64,000 bases of DNA from an uncultured Nitrososphaerota archaeon (GTDB taxonomy: Archaea; Thermoproteota; Nitrososphaeria; Nitrososphaerales; CADDZS01). The stretch spans positions 896,001-960,000 of the forward strand of contig CAWCYI010000006.1 in assembly GCA_963799845.1 (NCBI GenBank), given 5' to 3'. Position 1 is the first letter of the stretch; every line of letters begins with the position of its first letter. Below the pieces are notes generated by a model that had not been told where the DNA came from, did no database searches, and saw only the letters and a program-made list of their open reading frames with translations. Of the stretch, positions 1-9,130 are shown in pieces. The position numbers were made by a program, and so were the translations under genes.

Positions 1-439
1 GAATGGAGTGAAGCATTTGGAGGCGCGCCAGTTTACGTCCACAGTCTTGACAGAAAGTGGGTGCAGAGGAAGAGTCCAAAGATCACCTTCTGGAAGGGGG
101 AAAAAACTTCACCGCTGGGTGGGCTCGAGATCGTCAATCTGGGTGGACATTTTGACGGCAGCAGTGTACTTTACCTCCGTGAAGGTGCACATGGAACGGG
201 CGTTCTATTATCAGGGGACACCATCAGCTGTTGTCACGGACCGTCGTTGGACAACCTTCATGTACAGCTACCCAAACGAGATTCCACTTCCAGCCCGCGA
301 GGTGAGGAAAATTGCATCGCGAATCAAACCGTACAAGTTCGCAAATCTGTACGGCGCGTTTGAAGGAGGAGAAATCGTCGGGAACGCTGATCGCAGGGTA
401 CAACTCTCGGCGGAGAGATACGTCAATCATTTGAGATAG
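1..439 (+). pseudogene. MBL-fold hydrolase-like protein, 5'-partial and frameshifted
   Basis: LGGHFDGSSVL in one frame and FMYSYPNEIPL...LYGAF in another. Confidence 0.7.
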
Positions 440-614
440 AAGTGATCGGGCCGGTGGAAGCGCTCTAAAATTACGCAAGTGATTGGAATAACTAGTACAA
501 AGTAAATCTGATCGGTATGCCGATCTCCCACTGATCAATGAACAAGATTAGATCGATGGTGGCAATTCCCTCACCCCGTCAATTGTCATTGTCGAACTCA
601 GAAAATGGTACCTA

Positions 615-875
615 GGGGAGATTGAATCTGGTCGTAGAGACGAACGAGAAATGCAAAAGCACTTTGCGTTTATCGAGTCGAGGTCGCGAGTTGTCCCACT
701 TGATATGGCTTTGAGCTTGGAAGCTGGTCAGACTGACTTTATGATGAAGAAGAGGATCAAGAACTGGCCTATAGCAGATTCGATCGTCTATGCTACCGGG
801 CGCTCTCGCGGAGCGCAAGTCATCAGTGGGGACCCGCACTTTCGAGGACTCGAGGGAGTCACATTCATCGAGTAA
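615..875 (+). pseudogene. PIN-domain (VapC) toxin, 3' fragment
   Basis: WPIADSIVYAT...VISGDPHFRGL; N-terminal PIN Asp motif absent. Confidence 0.7.
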
Positions 876-947
876 GCAGCCCATGAACACTTTTTATTTA
901 GCGCCTTCCGGCCCAAGCCTAGTCTGAATTATTCCGGTAGAAAGAGG

Positions 948-1328
948 GTGGACTTGCAAGAATTCGTTAGCCTAATCGAGTCCAGGATGCGGTGCGTATA
1001 CGTGACTGAGCGGCCCATAGACCTGAAGAAACTCGACGAGCCGAACACCATCTTCGTGCTCCAGCTCCCCGAAGGATTCTCCACCGCCACGGGAAGCAGT
1101 GGAGGTGGCTCGGGCGATAGGCACATCCTCAAAGTCTATCAGTACATGTGCGGTCAGGGAGACTGCAGGAAGGTCAACGAGTTCGAAGACAAGGAAGTAA
1201 CCGAGATGTTGGACCTTCCCTATCACGCAGCGGCGTTTCCGATCATACTACCCGACGGCAAAGAGAAGCTTGTATCCGGGGTCGCTGACCTTGAGCTTGT
1301 CGCTGCATACCTGCGAGCTCTCACTTAG
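948..1328 (+). CDS. hypothetical protein
   Basis: 126-aa ORF with GAGGGTG start context. Confidence 0.6.
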   Translation: MDLQEFVSLIESRMRCVYVTERPIDLKKLDEPNTIFVLQLPEGFSTATGSSGGGSGDRHILKVYQYMCGQGDCRKVNEFEDKEVTEMLDLPYHAAAFPIILPDGKEKLVSGVADLELVAAYLRALT

Positions 1329-1491
1329 GGACTGAAGGAATTCGGGTCATCCTTTACAATCCCAATCGCTGCAATACTCGATGCACAATAACGAGGCCAT
1401 CGCGAAGTGCGCACTTTCCAGCATTGGCATCGAGATTTCTAGAGTCTGATACCGACAGGCTTAATTTAGCCATAGTCCATAGTTCATAACA

Positions 1492-1692
1492 ATGTCGACC
1501 ACGGTTGAAGTGAAGCGGACGACGGCGAAGCTTCTGGAAGAGATCAAAGAGAAGTACAAGGCAAAGAGTCTGGACGAGACGATACGAAAACTGGTGGAGA
1601 AGGCGGAGAACGTCCCTGAAACAATGTTCGGCGCGCATCCAAAGATGAGATCATTCAAAAAGTCAGATGAGTCCAATGTCCATGAATTATGA
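1492..1692 (+). CDS. vapB: VapB-type antitoxin
   Basis: 66 aa, STTVEVKRTT...SLDETIRKL, overlaps downstream PIN gene. Confidence 0.75.
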   Translation: MSTTVEVKRTTAKLLEEIKEKYKAKSLDETIRKLVEKAENVPETMFGAHPKMRSFKKSDESNVHEL

Positions 1693-2068
1693 GACCGTAA
1701 TTGATTCGTATGCATGGATAGAGTACTTCAAGGGTTCTTCCTCTGGAGTGAAGGCCAGAGGTTTCATCGAGAAAGGTTCAGCAGCCACTTCGTCAATATC
1801 ACTGGCAGAACTGCAGGAGAAATATCTTCGGGAAAAATGGGACTCATTCGATACTGATGTCAAGTTCATCACGACCAAGACGACTCTGGTCTCGCTTGAT
1901 CGCAAGATCTCGATTCTCGCCGGTCAGATAAACTTCCAGAGCAAGAAGAGAAAGAAAGACTGGGGAATGGCTGATTCTATTATCCTATCCACCGCTCGGA
2001 TAGGATCGGCAAAAGTAGTAACGGGCGATTCTCATTTCAAAGATGTCCCTGAAGCAATCATGATCTAG
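1682..2068 (+). CDS. vapC: VapC PIN-domain toxin
   Basis: VIDSYAWIEYF...GMADSIIL...VVTGDSHF. Confidence 0.9.
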   Translation: MNYETVIDSYAWIEYFKGSSSGVKARGFIEKGSAATSSISLAELQEKYLREKWDSFDTDVKFITTKTTLVSLDRKISILAGQINFQSKKRKKDWGMADSIILSTARIGSAKVVTGDSHFKDVPEAIMI

Positions 2069-2249
2069 GAATATCGAAACTTATAGCGCGTCGATTGAAG
2101 ACTCCAAGTCTGTGAGTGCAACAGACGGATGGAAACTAGGTTCTCGAAGAGAATCCGCGAGAGAGAATAGTTCGTCCTAGTTGTCTTCTAATCCGTTTTC
2201 TGCAAACAATCCTTTTCAACAAGTCTGACCAACTGATCATTGAGCCAGC

Positions 2250-2471
2250 TTGACTGTTGTCACTCTGCGGAAAGTTTCGAGCGGGAAGTGGCACATTCGG
2301 AACCCTGAAAGAAAACTGGAAGGCTGGAAATCATATTGTAACCGCGAGATGTTTGGAGAGAATAAGGAAGTAACGCTGGATCAAGCCGCGAAGCAAAGTC
2401 AGTCTGGAACGGTCTGTCGAACCTGCGTCAGAAGAGCTGAATGGAAACTTGCAGCAAATTCACCCGATTAG
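2250..2471 (+). CDS. small hypothetical protein, possible metal-binding
   Basis: H...C...CxxC pattern. Confidence 0.45.
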   Translation: MTVVTLRKVSSGKWHIRNPERKLEGWKSYCNREMFGENKEVTLDQAAKQSQSGTVCRTCVRRAEWKLAANSPD

Positions 2472-2613
2472 CTCAAAGTTGGGAAGCGCTTTGAAATTTT
2501 GATAATCTTACCTTTGTGGCAATCGCGGTCATAGTTTCTCAGATTGTAGGCTCAAAGCTAAGGAAAAAATAATAAAAATCAATGATTAAGCTCGATTCAA
2601 GCCGTCGATTTAT

Positions 2614-2829
2614 TTGAGAAGATATCTTTTCACAAGTCTAGAGAGAAAGATCCTGCATTCTTATTTGAAGAATGGCCGTAAAGAGAAGAATTTCGGTGTG
2701 TTATTGAGCCTTATCCGCAGAAATCAAAACAATCTGACGAGCGACTTTGCTCTCTTGCTCAAAGTTTCAAATAAGGCTGGACCCGTGACTGGAAACAAAA
2801 AGTCCAAGTCTCGTTCTCTGAAGAAATAA
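2614..2829 (+). CDS. small basic hypothetical protein
   Basis: 71-aa ORF MRRYLFTSLERKIL. Confidence 0.45.
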   Translation: MRRYLFTSLERKILHSYLKNGRKEKNFGVLLSLIRRNQNNLTSDFALLLKVSNKAGPVTGNKKSKSRSLKK

Positions 2830-3110
2830 TAGTTTGCGGAAAATGATAATCATTACTAATGAACTCTTCAACGCCTAAAATCGCAAGAATCAGTTTCAAA
2901 TGTTCGAGAGAAACAAGGTTCTTACAATGAGGTAACATGCCTCGACGGAACGACTGTGACTGACGGGAGTGAGAGATTTTCGCTCTTTTCTGAGAAAAAT
3001 GGTCTGGTCTCGATCAGATAAAGCCGTCACCATGCACTTCGGTGTGCTAACAACATCGTCTCTGATAGCAAAAATTAGGGCATAATTTTTAGATTAAGAG
3101 AACAAGAAGA

Positions 3111-3503
3111 TTGTCAACCGTTAGCCAGTCGCTTAGTACGAACATGAAAGCTGCTATTGGCTTGCTCGAAGTGTTTGTCGTTGCCATTATCATCGCACTC
3201 TTAGTTACAATCTCAAGCGTCTCATCTGGAGTCCAGCTATTCGCAACTATTGTAGTATCTCCAATCATCATTCTAAGTATCGTTTTCATTTACTATTGCA
3301 GAAAGAGGAAGATTTGGAGTTACGCTGGGGCTTCGATCTTAGGTGCCATTGGAGCCATTCTAAGAGTGATCGTAAGCACTAAACCAAGTCTTGAGGTTGG
3401 AGGTGGCCTGCCAGTAGGAGTAACTGTGCTGTACATAGTCATAGGAGCACTCGTATCACTAAAAAATTACGAATCTGTGTTAGAGTTGAGGATTCCCCAC
3501 TGA
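3111..3503 (+). CDS. four-TM membrane protein
   Basis: four hydrophobic segments. Confidence 0.65.
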   Translation: MSTVSQSLSTNMKAAIGLLEVFVVAIIIALLVTISSVSSGVQLFATIVVSPIIILSIVFIYYCRKRKIWSYAGASILGAIGAILRVIVSTKPSLEVGGGLPVGVTVLYIVIGALVSLKNYESVLELRIPH

Positions 3504-3515
3504 ATGACGAACATA

Positions 3516-3549
3516 GGTGGGGGAGGTGGGATTTGAACCCCAATTTACT
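3516..3549 (+). repeat. dispersed repeat copy; reverse complement of a tRNA 3' end joined to CAATTTACT
   Basis: reverse complement reads GGGTTCAAATCCCACCTCCCCCACC (T-arm plus acceptor strand). Confidence 0.75.
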
Positions 3550-3664
3550 GCATCTTCAACTTGAGTCAATTCTTGAATAGACCATACAGTAGCTGAAAGT
3601 GATTATCGAAAGTGAACTAACATTATACTCTTCCCGAGCCAAATGCCTAATGGTAAATAACTGA

Positions 3665-4369
3665 ATGTCTAGAGAAACAGTTGATGCCCGAGGTCCAGTT
3701 TCACCGCCCGAGAACAGAAAAGGGTACAAGGGCGTCGCAATGGAAGGATTCATTGCAAGATGGTATACGAAAACCACTCGAAACAACACTGAGCAATACA
3801 AATCTTGGGCGAAGATTGCGAGTGGTCATATTTTTGAAAATGGTCATTTCCTTGAGCTTGCCCCTGGCCCCGGATATCTATCCATAGAAATAGCGAAACT
3901 AGGAAAGTATGAAATTGTTGGGTTGGACATAAGTAAGACATTTGTGAACATTGCTAGCGAGCATGCAAGAGCTGCTAATGTCAAGATAGAATTTCGACAG
4001 GGCGATGCCGCTTACACACCATTCCCAAGCGATACTTTTGATTTTGTCATCTGCACGTCAGCGTTCAAGAATTTTCCCGAGCCCGTAAGAGTAATTGACG
4101 AAATTTTCAGAGTCTTGAAGAGGGGTGGTGAAGCTTTGATAATAGATCTGCGCAAGGATGCTTCGAAAGCTGGAATCAACGATTATGTGGACAGCTTGAA
4201 ATTGAGCAGAATCAACTCGTTCTGGACTAGGTTTACTTTCAATCATATGTTACTAAGAAGCGCCTACACGAAACTCCAATTCCAAGATTTCGCTGCCAGA
4301 TCGCTCTTTGGAACATGCAAGACTGTGGATGAAGGAATAGGTCTTGAAGTATGGTTCCAAAAACCATGA
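3665..4369 (+). CDS. class I SAM-dependent methyltransferase
   Basis: LELAPGPGY, GLDIS, QGDA, FDFVIC motifs. Confidence 0.9.
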   Translation: MSRETVDARGPVSPPENRKGYKGVAMEGFIARWYTKTTRNNTEQYKSWAKIASGHIFENGHFLELAPGPGYLSIEIAKLGKYEIVGLDISKTFVNIASEHARAANVKIEFRQGDAAYTPFPSDTFDFVICTSAFKNFPEPVRVIDEIFRVLKRGGEALIIDLRKDASKAGINDYVDSLKLSRINSFWTRFTFNHMLLRSAYTKLQFQDFAARSLFGTCKTVDEGIGLEVWFQKP

Positions 4370-4478
4370 TCAGTAAGTCAATGTCTCTTTCCTCTGGCTC
4401 CTACGTAACACGATCGCTGAGTATTTGAAGAGCGACCAACTATAACTGACAGCATCGAATCAAAAAATTGAACTGCTC

Positions 4479-4537
4479 TTTACTAGTAAATCCCGAGTGC
4501 GAGATTTGGGATTTGAACCCCAATTTACTAGTAAAAA
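4479..4537 (+). repeat. dispersed repeat, full unit with two TTTACTAGTAAA palindromes flanking a hairpin
   Basis: TTTACTAGTAAA at 4479 and 4524; AAATCCCGA/TTGGGATTT stem between them. Confidence 0.9.
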
Positions 4538-4622
4538 TAATACGAGGGAAACAAGAAATGGACTTCACGCTCCATATCGGTTAGGAAGCAAAATTCCTCC
4601 TGGTAGGGACAAGGCGTACGTT

Positions 4623-4958
4623 TCAAATTCTTGGATCTGTTTCGGTTACCGTCGAGACGTTTCTCCCGAGCTGGAATAACTTTCGGGCAATCAGGATCCA
4701 CCAGATGAACATCAAAATCGTGGCACAACCGACGAGAATTGTTGACACGATGGATGTAGCTGACACAAAGACGGAGCCGATGTAATTGATCAAAAATAAT
4801 CCATTCGCGAGGATTCCCACCCAAGCGGTTGCTGTGCCGAAGAGCTTGCCTGTGCGCATAACTGCTGCGACGATCAGTCCCGCAACCGCCACGAAAATGA
4901 ACCCTGTACTCCAAAACAAGATAAAAGGAAATAGAAAGAAAAAGAAATATTCTGTCAT
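4623..4958 (-). pseudogene. membrane protein 3' fragment (DUF4386-like)
   Basis: VMRTGKLFGTATAWVGILAN...WWILIARKLFQL; 5' end replaced by AT-rich DNA. Confidence 0.5.
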
Positions 4959-5346
4959 GATGAAAGATGGATTTGTGCATGAATTTGATTACATCGTCTT
5001 TAGTCTTGCTGAACTCAAGAAAGTAATTGAGAAAGCACCAAAAGGATCTGCGATTTTATGGAATGATACTACTCGATCGTCATTTAATAAAATTCCAGAT
5101 TTAGATCAAAGTGATTCTAAATTTCATTTTGTTCAATCAATATCATTATCTCATAATGATAAGGAAACATATCCTCAGAAATGGTGGAAGATTGAGTGAA
5201 ATCATTAATTTACCTGATCATGGAATCAAGAAATGGGCCTCTAGGCAGGGCTTGCTGGGCTTCCCAAACTTCATCGCTTTTCATCATCAATCTTTTCTAC
5301 GTAATCGTAGCGGAAGCCGATATGCTGGATTTAAATTATCGATTAT

Positions 5347-6886
5347 TTGGTGATAAATTCATTGGTTCGTAGCAATTTCGACAAAGGATTATCGCACCTG
5401 ATCATTTTATGTTCCGTTTTCATACTGGTCATCTTTTCAACTTCTTCGTATCAAACGTATAATTTTGCGTCTAGCAGGGTAGTATTTTCACCACCATCCA
5501 ATACTCCGATCAAACACATCGTCATCATCATGCAAGAGAATCATGCTTTCGACAACATGTTTGGTACTTACCCAGGATTGCCCGCTGGATACGGATTGAG
5601 CTTGTCAACCTGTATGCCAAACAGTTTGACGCAGAAAAAGAAAACACCATGCACCAAGCCTTGGAATGCGGACAGTAAGCAACTGACAATTCAGGGCCTT
5701 GATATTTCGCACACCAGATCTTCGGCGCTGAAAGCTTATGATGACGGAAAGATGAATGGCTTCATCGCAAACGATCCACTTGATTGTAAAAACTGTTCCA
5801 TGGCATACTTCACCAATGCGACGATTCCGGCGTACTGGGATTACGCTCAGTACTACACCCTGAACGATCTGATGATGTCAAGCGCACTGTCATTCAGTTT
5901 ACCGAATCATCTCTATGCGGTAGCAGCGCAAGCGGGTTTTGCAGGGACTTGTCTAAATGCATGTACCACAGAATACAACTTAACTTTTCCACAGATAGGC
6001 GAATCACTGACAAACGCCGGGGTTAGCTGGGGTTACTACCAGCAAAACTGGAATGACTTGAAGGACTGCACGGGGCCGATCAATGCGAGCGCGATCAGCT
6101 CTTATTACAATAAGGGCGGATATGATGGCTTCTGGTCCGGGCTCACCGATTTTACACAAGTCCAAACAACGGCGGTTGAATGTTCAAGTTTATTGAATCT
6201 CAAGGATCTGCAACATAATATCTCGACGGATACTCTACCAGCTGTGTCGTGGGTAGAGCCGCAACCCAAGAACAGTGATCATCCAAACCAGGGAACGTGG
6301 GATGCAGGGCAGAATTACGTCACTTCGATAATTAATTCAATCGAAGAAACTCGGCCTGGAATTCACGGTCATCTTCCTGACCTGGGATGATTGGGGCGGA
6401 TATTATGATAACATCACGCCGATTCAGCTTGACCCGGCTGGAGAGGGTTTCAGAGTACCATTTATCGCAATTTCGCCGTATTCAATTCAAGGCGCAATCG
6501 TTCAGGCTCCAGCGTACAACTATACTACAAAATTCACGAATATCCATCAGGAAGACTTTAGCTCACTTCTCTCAACAATAGAATACAACTGGAATCTGAC
6601 AGGAACATCCAGTCTGGGAAACCTCACTGACCGAGACGGGTACGAACCAAATCTTTTCTACATGCTAAATTTCAGTCAACCTCTCTTAAAGCCGCTGATA
6701 CTTGGAACAGTTCCCGGCGTAGTCTATCCCTACCAGACTTGCATAGTTAAAGGAGAATGCAGCATCGCTCCCTTCGCTACGAATACCATAACTCATCCTC
6801 AATTCAATATTCCATTGACTTCGCCTTACAATGAATCATCAACGGAGGCTCTAAGTTATTCTGGAGATGGAGACGCAGGAGATTGA
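5347..6886 (+). pseudogene. secreted phosphoesterase / phospholipase C family protein, frameshifted near 6350
   Basis: IKHIVIIMQENHAFDNMFG, SLPNHLY, then FLTWDDWGGYYD in another frame. Confidence 0.85.
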
Positions 6887-7040
6887 AAGCCGAGGAATCG
6901 ACTGAAAGAGGTAAATGGCATCGATATCGTATTGTTTCTTACGTATCTCATAATTTTCAGCTGACAATGAGAGAAACAAGAATTGATGTTTGGCTGGTTG
7001 AAGGAGAAATGTTTGAAGTTTTAGCTGGAGAAAAACAAAT

Positions 7041-7247
7041 ATGAAGAGAAAATGTCCTTTGATTGTAGATTGTAAAGATGCAACAGATTATCTCACCTTA
7101 CAAGGAATAGCTGAACATATTAGATTAGTTCATCCTCATGAAGCGAGAGTTGCAATTAAGAAAGCATTAATTGATGCAGAAAAAGCATGTCGAGGAGTCG
7201 TGCCCTTGTGGGCAATAGGTGGCTCAAGACATTTGGAACGTTTCTAG
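7041..7247 (+). CDS. small C2H2-like zinc-finger protein
   Basis: CPLIVDC...HIRLVH; AT-rich. Confidence 0.5.
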   Translation: MKRKCPLIVDCKDATDYLTLQGIAEHIRLVHPHEARVAIKKALIDAEKACRGVVPLWAIGGSRHLERF

Positions 7248-7248
7248 T

Positions 7249-7549
7249 CATGGGCATAATCATCGCAATTGCTGCTGCGATCGTGAGTTTGATCAGCGCA
7301 GCATTTGGAGCTGCAGACTCGGTGGTTAGCGGGCTTCTTTCGGCATTCTATCAACCCCTCATTCCGATTCTGCTTGCTGTCTACTATTACTCTAACCGGG
7401 CCAGACTTGCACCAATCGCTCAAAACCAAATTCCACCTCCGCCGCCTCCTGGAAAGGCAACCGGACCGAGGTTCTGTCCTAACTGTGGTACCCAACTTGC
7501 GGCCAATCCTACTTTCTGTCCGAGTTGCGGGGCAAGAGTAACCACTTAG
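7249..7549 (+). pseudogene. membrane protein 3' fragment with C-terminal zinc ribbon
   Basis: TM segments, poly-Pro, FCPNCG...FCPSCG. Confidence 0.6.
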
Positions 7550-7755
7550 GATGTTGGCTCATCATTGTGCACGGTGGAGGACTTGCTTTCACGAACGCGC
7601 TGTTCGCGATTCTCGACGAAATCGTTACGAAGTTGCTTGAGCGATAATTTGTCACTCTAGAATATACTAAAATGGGACTCGCACCCTTGGGCCTCATCTT
7701 TTACTAGGTGACATGATCGACCGTATTAAAGGAACGTAAAGCCACAGCCAAGCAC

Positions 7756-8732
7756 ATGTACGCAGCAATAGACTTGCACCAAAAAACTGTACAGCTAGTA
7801 CTCAAGGATGAAGGGGGAAGGATAGAAAACGAGCTGAAGATCAACAAGGATGCAAAAAGCATACTCGAATTTCTTGATGGTACTGATGCTGAAATAGTCA
7901 TGGAGTCTGGTTACAACCACGAACACATCTATGATCTTCTAAAGGAGGAAGGATACGATGTCAAGGTAGCTCATCCATTGATGGTTAAGGCGATCGCATA
8001 CGCAAAAGTGAAAAATGACAAGGTAGACGCAAGGACACTTGCAGATCTACTGAGACTGGACATGATACCGGAGTGCTACATCCCCAGCCAAGAGATAAGA
8101 GAAGTAAGAGACCTGGCAAGGAGGAGACATTATTTCGTCTCGACAAGAACGATGTTCAAAAACAAAATCCATGCAGAGCTCAGCAGGAGATGGATTGATT
8201 ACAGTAAAGATCTCTTCACGCAGACTGGGATGGACCATCTAAAATCGCTTCATATCGCAGCGGTAAATGACTACCTCGACTCAATTCAGTTCCTCGATGA
8301 GAAGATACGAGAGCTTGACGGCCAAATCAAGGAAAAGCTCTTGGCGACAAATATGCGAAGCTCCTTGTGACGGTGCCAGGAATATCCTACTACGGTGCGC
8401 TGCTGATTTCAAGCGAGATTGCAGACATCAACAGATTCCCAGACCCAGAACACCTGTGCTCCTATGCAAAACTGGCACCCGGAACTCATCAATCGGGAGA
8501 GACACAATACCAGAAAGCAGATCGTAACAAGGGCAATCACATGCTCAACTGGATATTGATCCAGTGTGCTCACATACACGTCCTAAACTGCAACTCGTCG
8601 ATTACTGGGCATTACAACAGGATCAAGGAAACGAGGGGAAACAAGATCGCCATCGTCGCAGCAGCAAGAAAACTGACGTGCGCAATCTACATGATGCTGA
8701 AGGAAGAAAGAGCCTTCAGGCTGGACGGCTAA
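7756..8732 (+). CDS. IS110 DEDD recombinase, frameshifted near 8340-8367
   Basis: AAIDLH, VMES, KNDKVDA; second frame VPGI...YAKLAPGTHQSG...AAARKL. Confidence 0.9.
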
Positions 8733-8740
8733 AACCATAA

Positions 8741-8887
8741 ACTGGGCTCGAGAATTTACTGCATCTTCAGGATGCGTTTACTAGGATGAGCCAAAGGCAA
8801 TAAGCGAAAGCCACAATGCTCTTTTGGAGCGAATGGGAGTATGCTCGTCCAGCATGACAAAAGAGATATTAAGAAATGTAGCCCAGT
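8741..8887 (+). ncRNA. predicted bridge RNA of IS110-A (right non-coding end)
   Basis: GAATTTACT (8752-60) and TTTACTAG (8777-84) flank a GCATC/GATGC hairpin, closed by GGCTC/GAGCC; donor guide ATGGGAG (8833-39); alternative outer stem ACTGGGCT/AGCCCAGT. Confidence 0.8.
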
Positions 8888-8926
8888 CGACATGGGAGTA
8901 AAATCTACTTGCGAAGAAAATCCGTG

Positions 8927-8964
8927 GCGGAATGTGGGACCCCCGCACGAATTTACTAGTAAAA
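8927..8964 (+). repeat. dispersed repeat copy
   Basis: GCGGAATGTGGGACCCCCGCACGAATTTACTAGTAAAA. Confidence 0.9.
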
Positions 8965-9130
8965 GATCGCCTCAAAAAAATCCGAAATTCACAATGGTCA
9001 CAGTAGTCGTTCTAGCTCGCTCTGACTCTGGCCTAGAAGATACCCTTCATCTTTGTCCAATTCCAAGGCTGGTTACAAGAAGATTCGATTATTGAATACT
9101 AGAATCTTGGACGTTCTTTGGGAACAAGAA

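Larger units (their letters stand above)
7706..8898 (+). mobile_element. IS110/IS1111-family element (IS110-A) inserted in a TTTACT-AG-TAAA repeat
   Basis: AG core at 7706-07 and 8897-98; removal restores TTTTACTAGTAAAA; imperfect sub-terminal IR CATGATCGAC/GTCGACATG. Confidence 0.9.

Noticed and set aside
3516-3540. tRNA gene on the minus strand
   Set aside because: Only the T-arm and 3' acceptor strand are present; there is no anticodon arm, D-arm or matching 5' acceptor strand.
4479-4537. Classical integron attC sites
   Set aside because: There are no RYYYAAC...GTTRRRY boundaries and no IntI in the window; the integron comparison is only an analogy.
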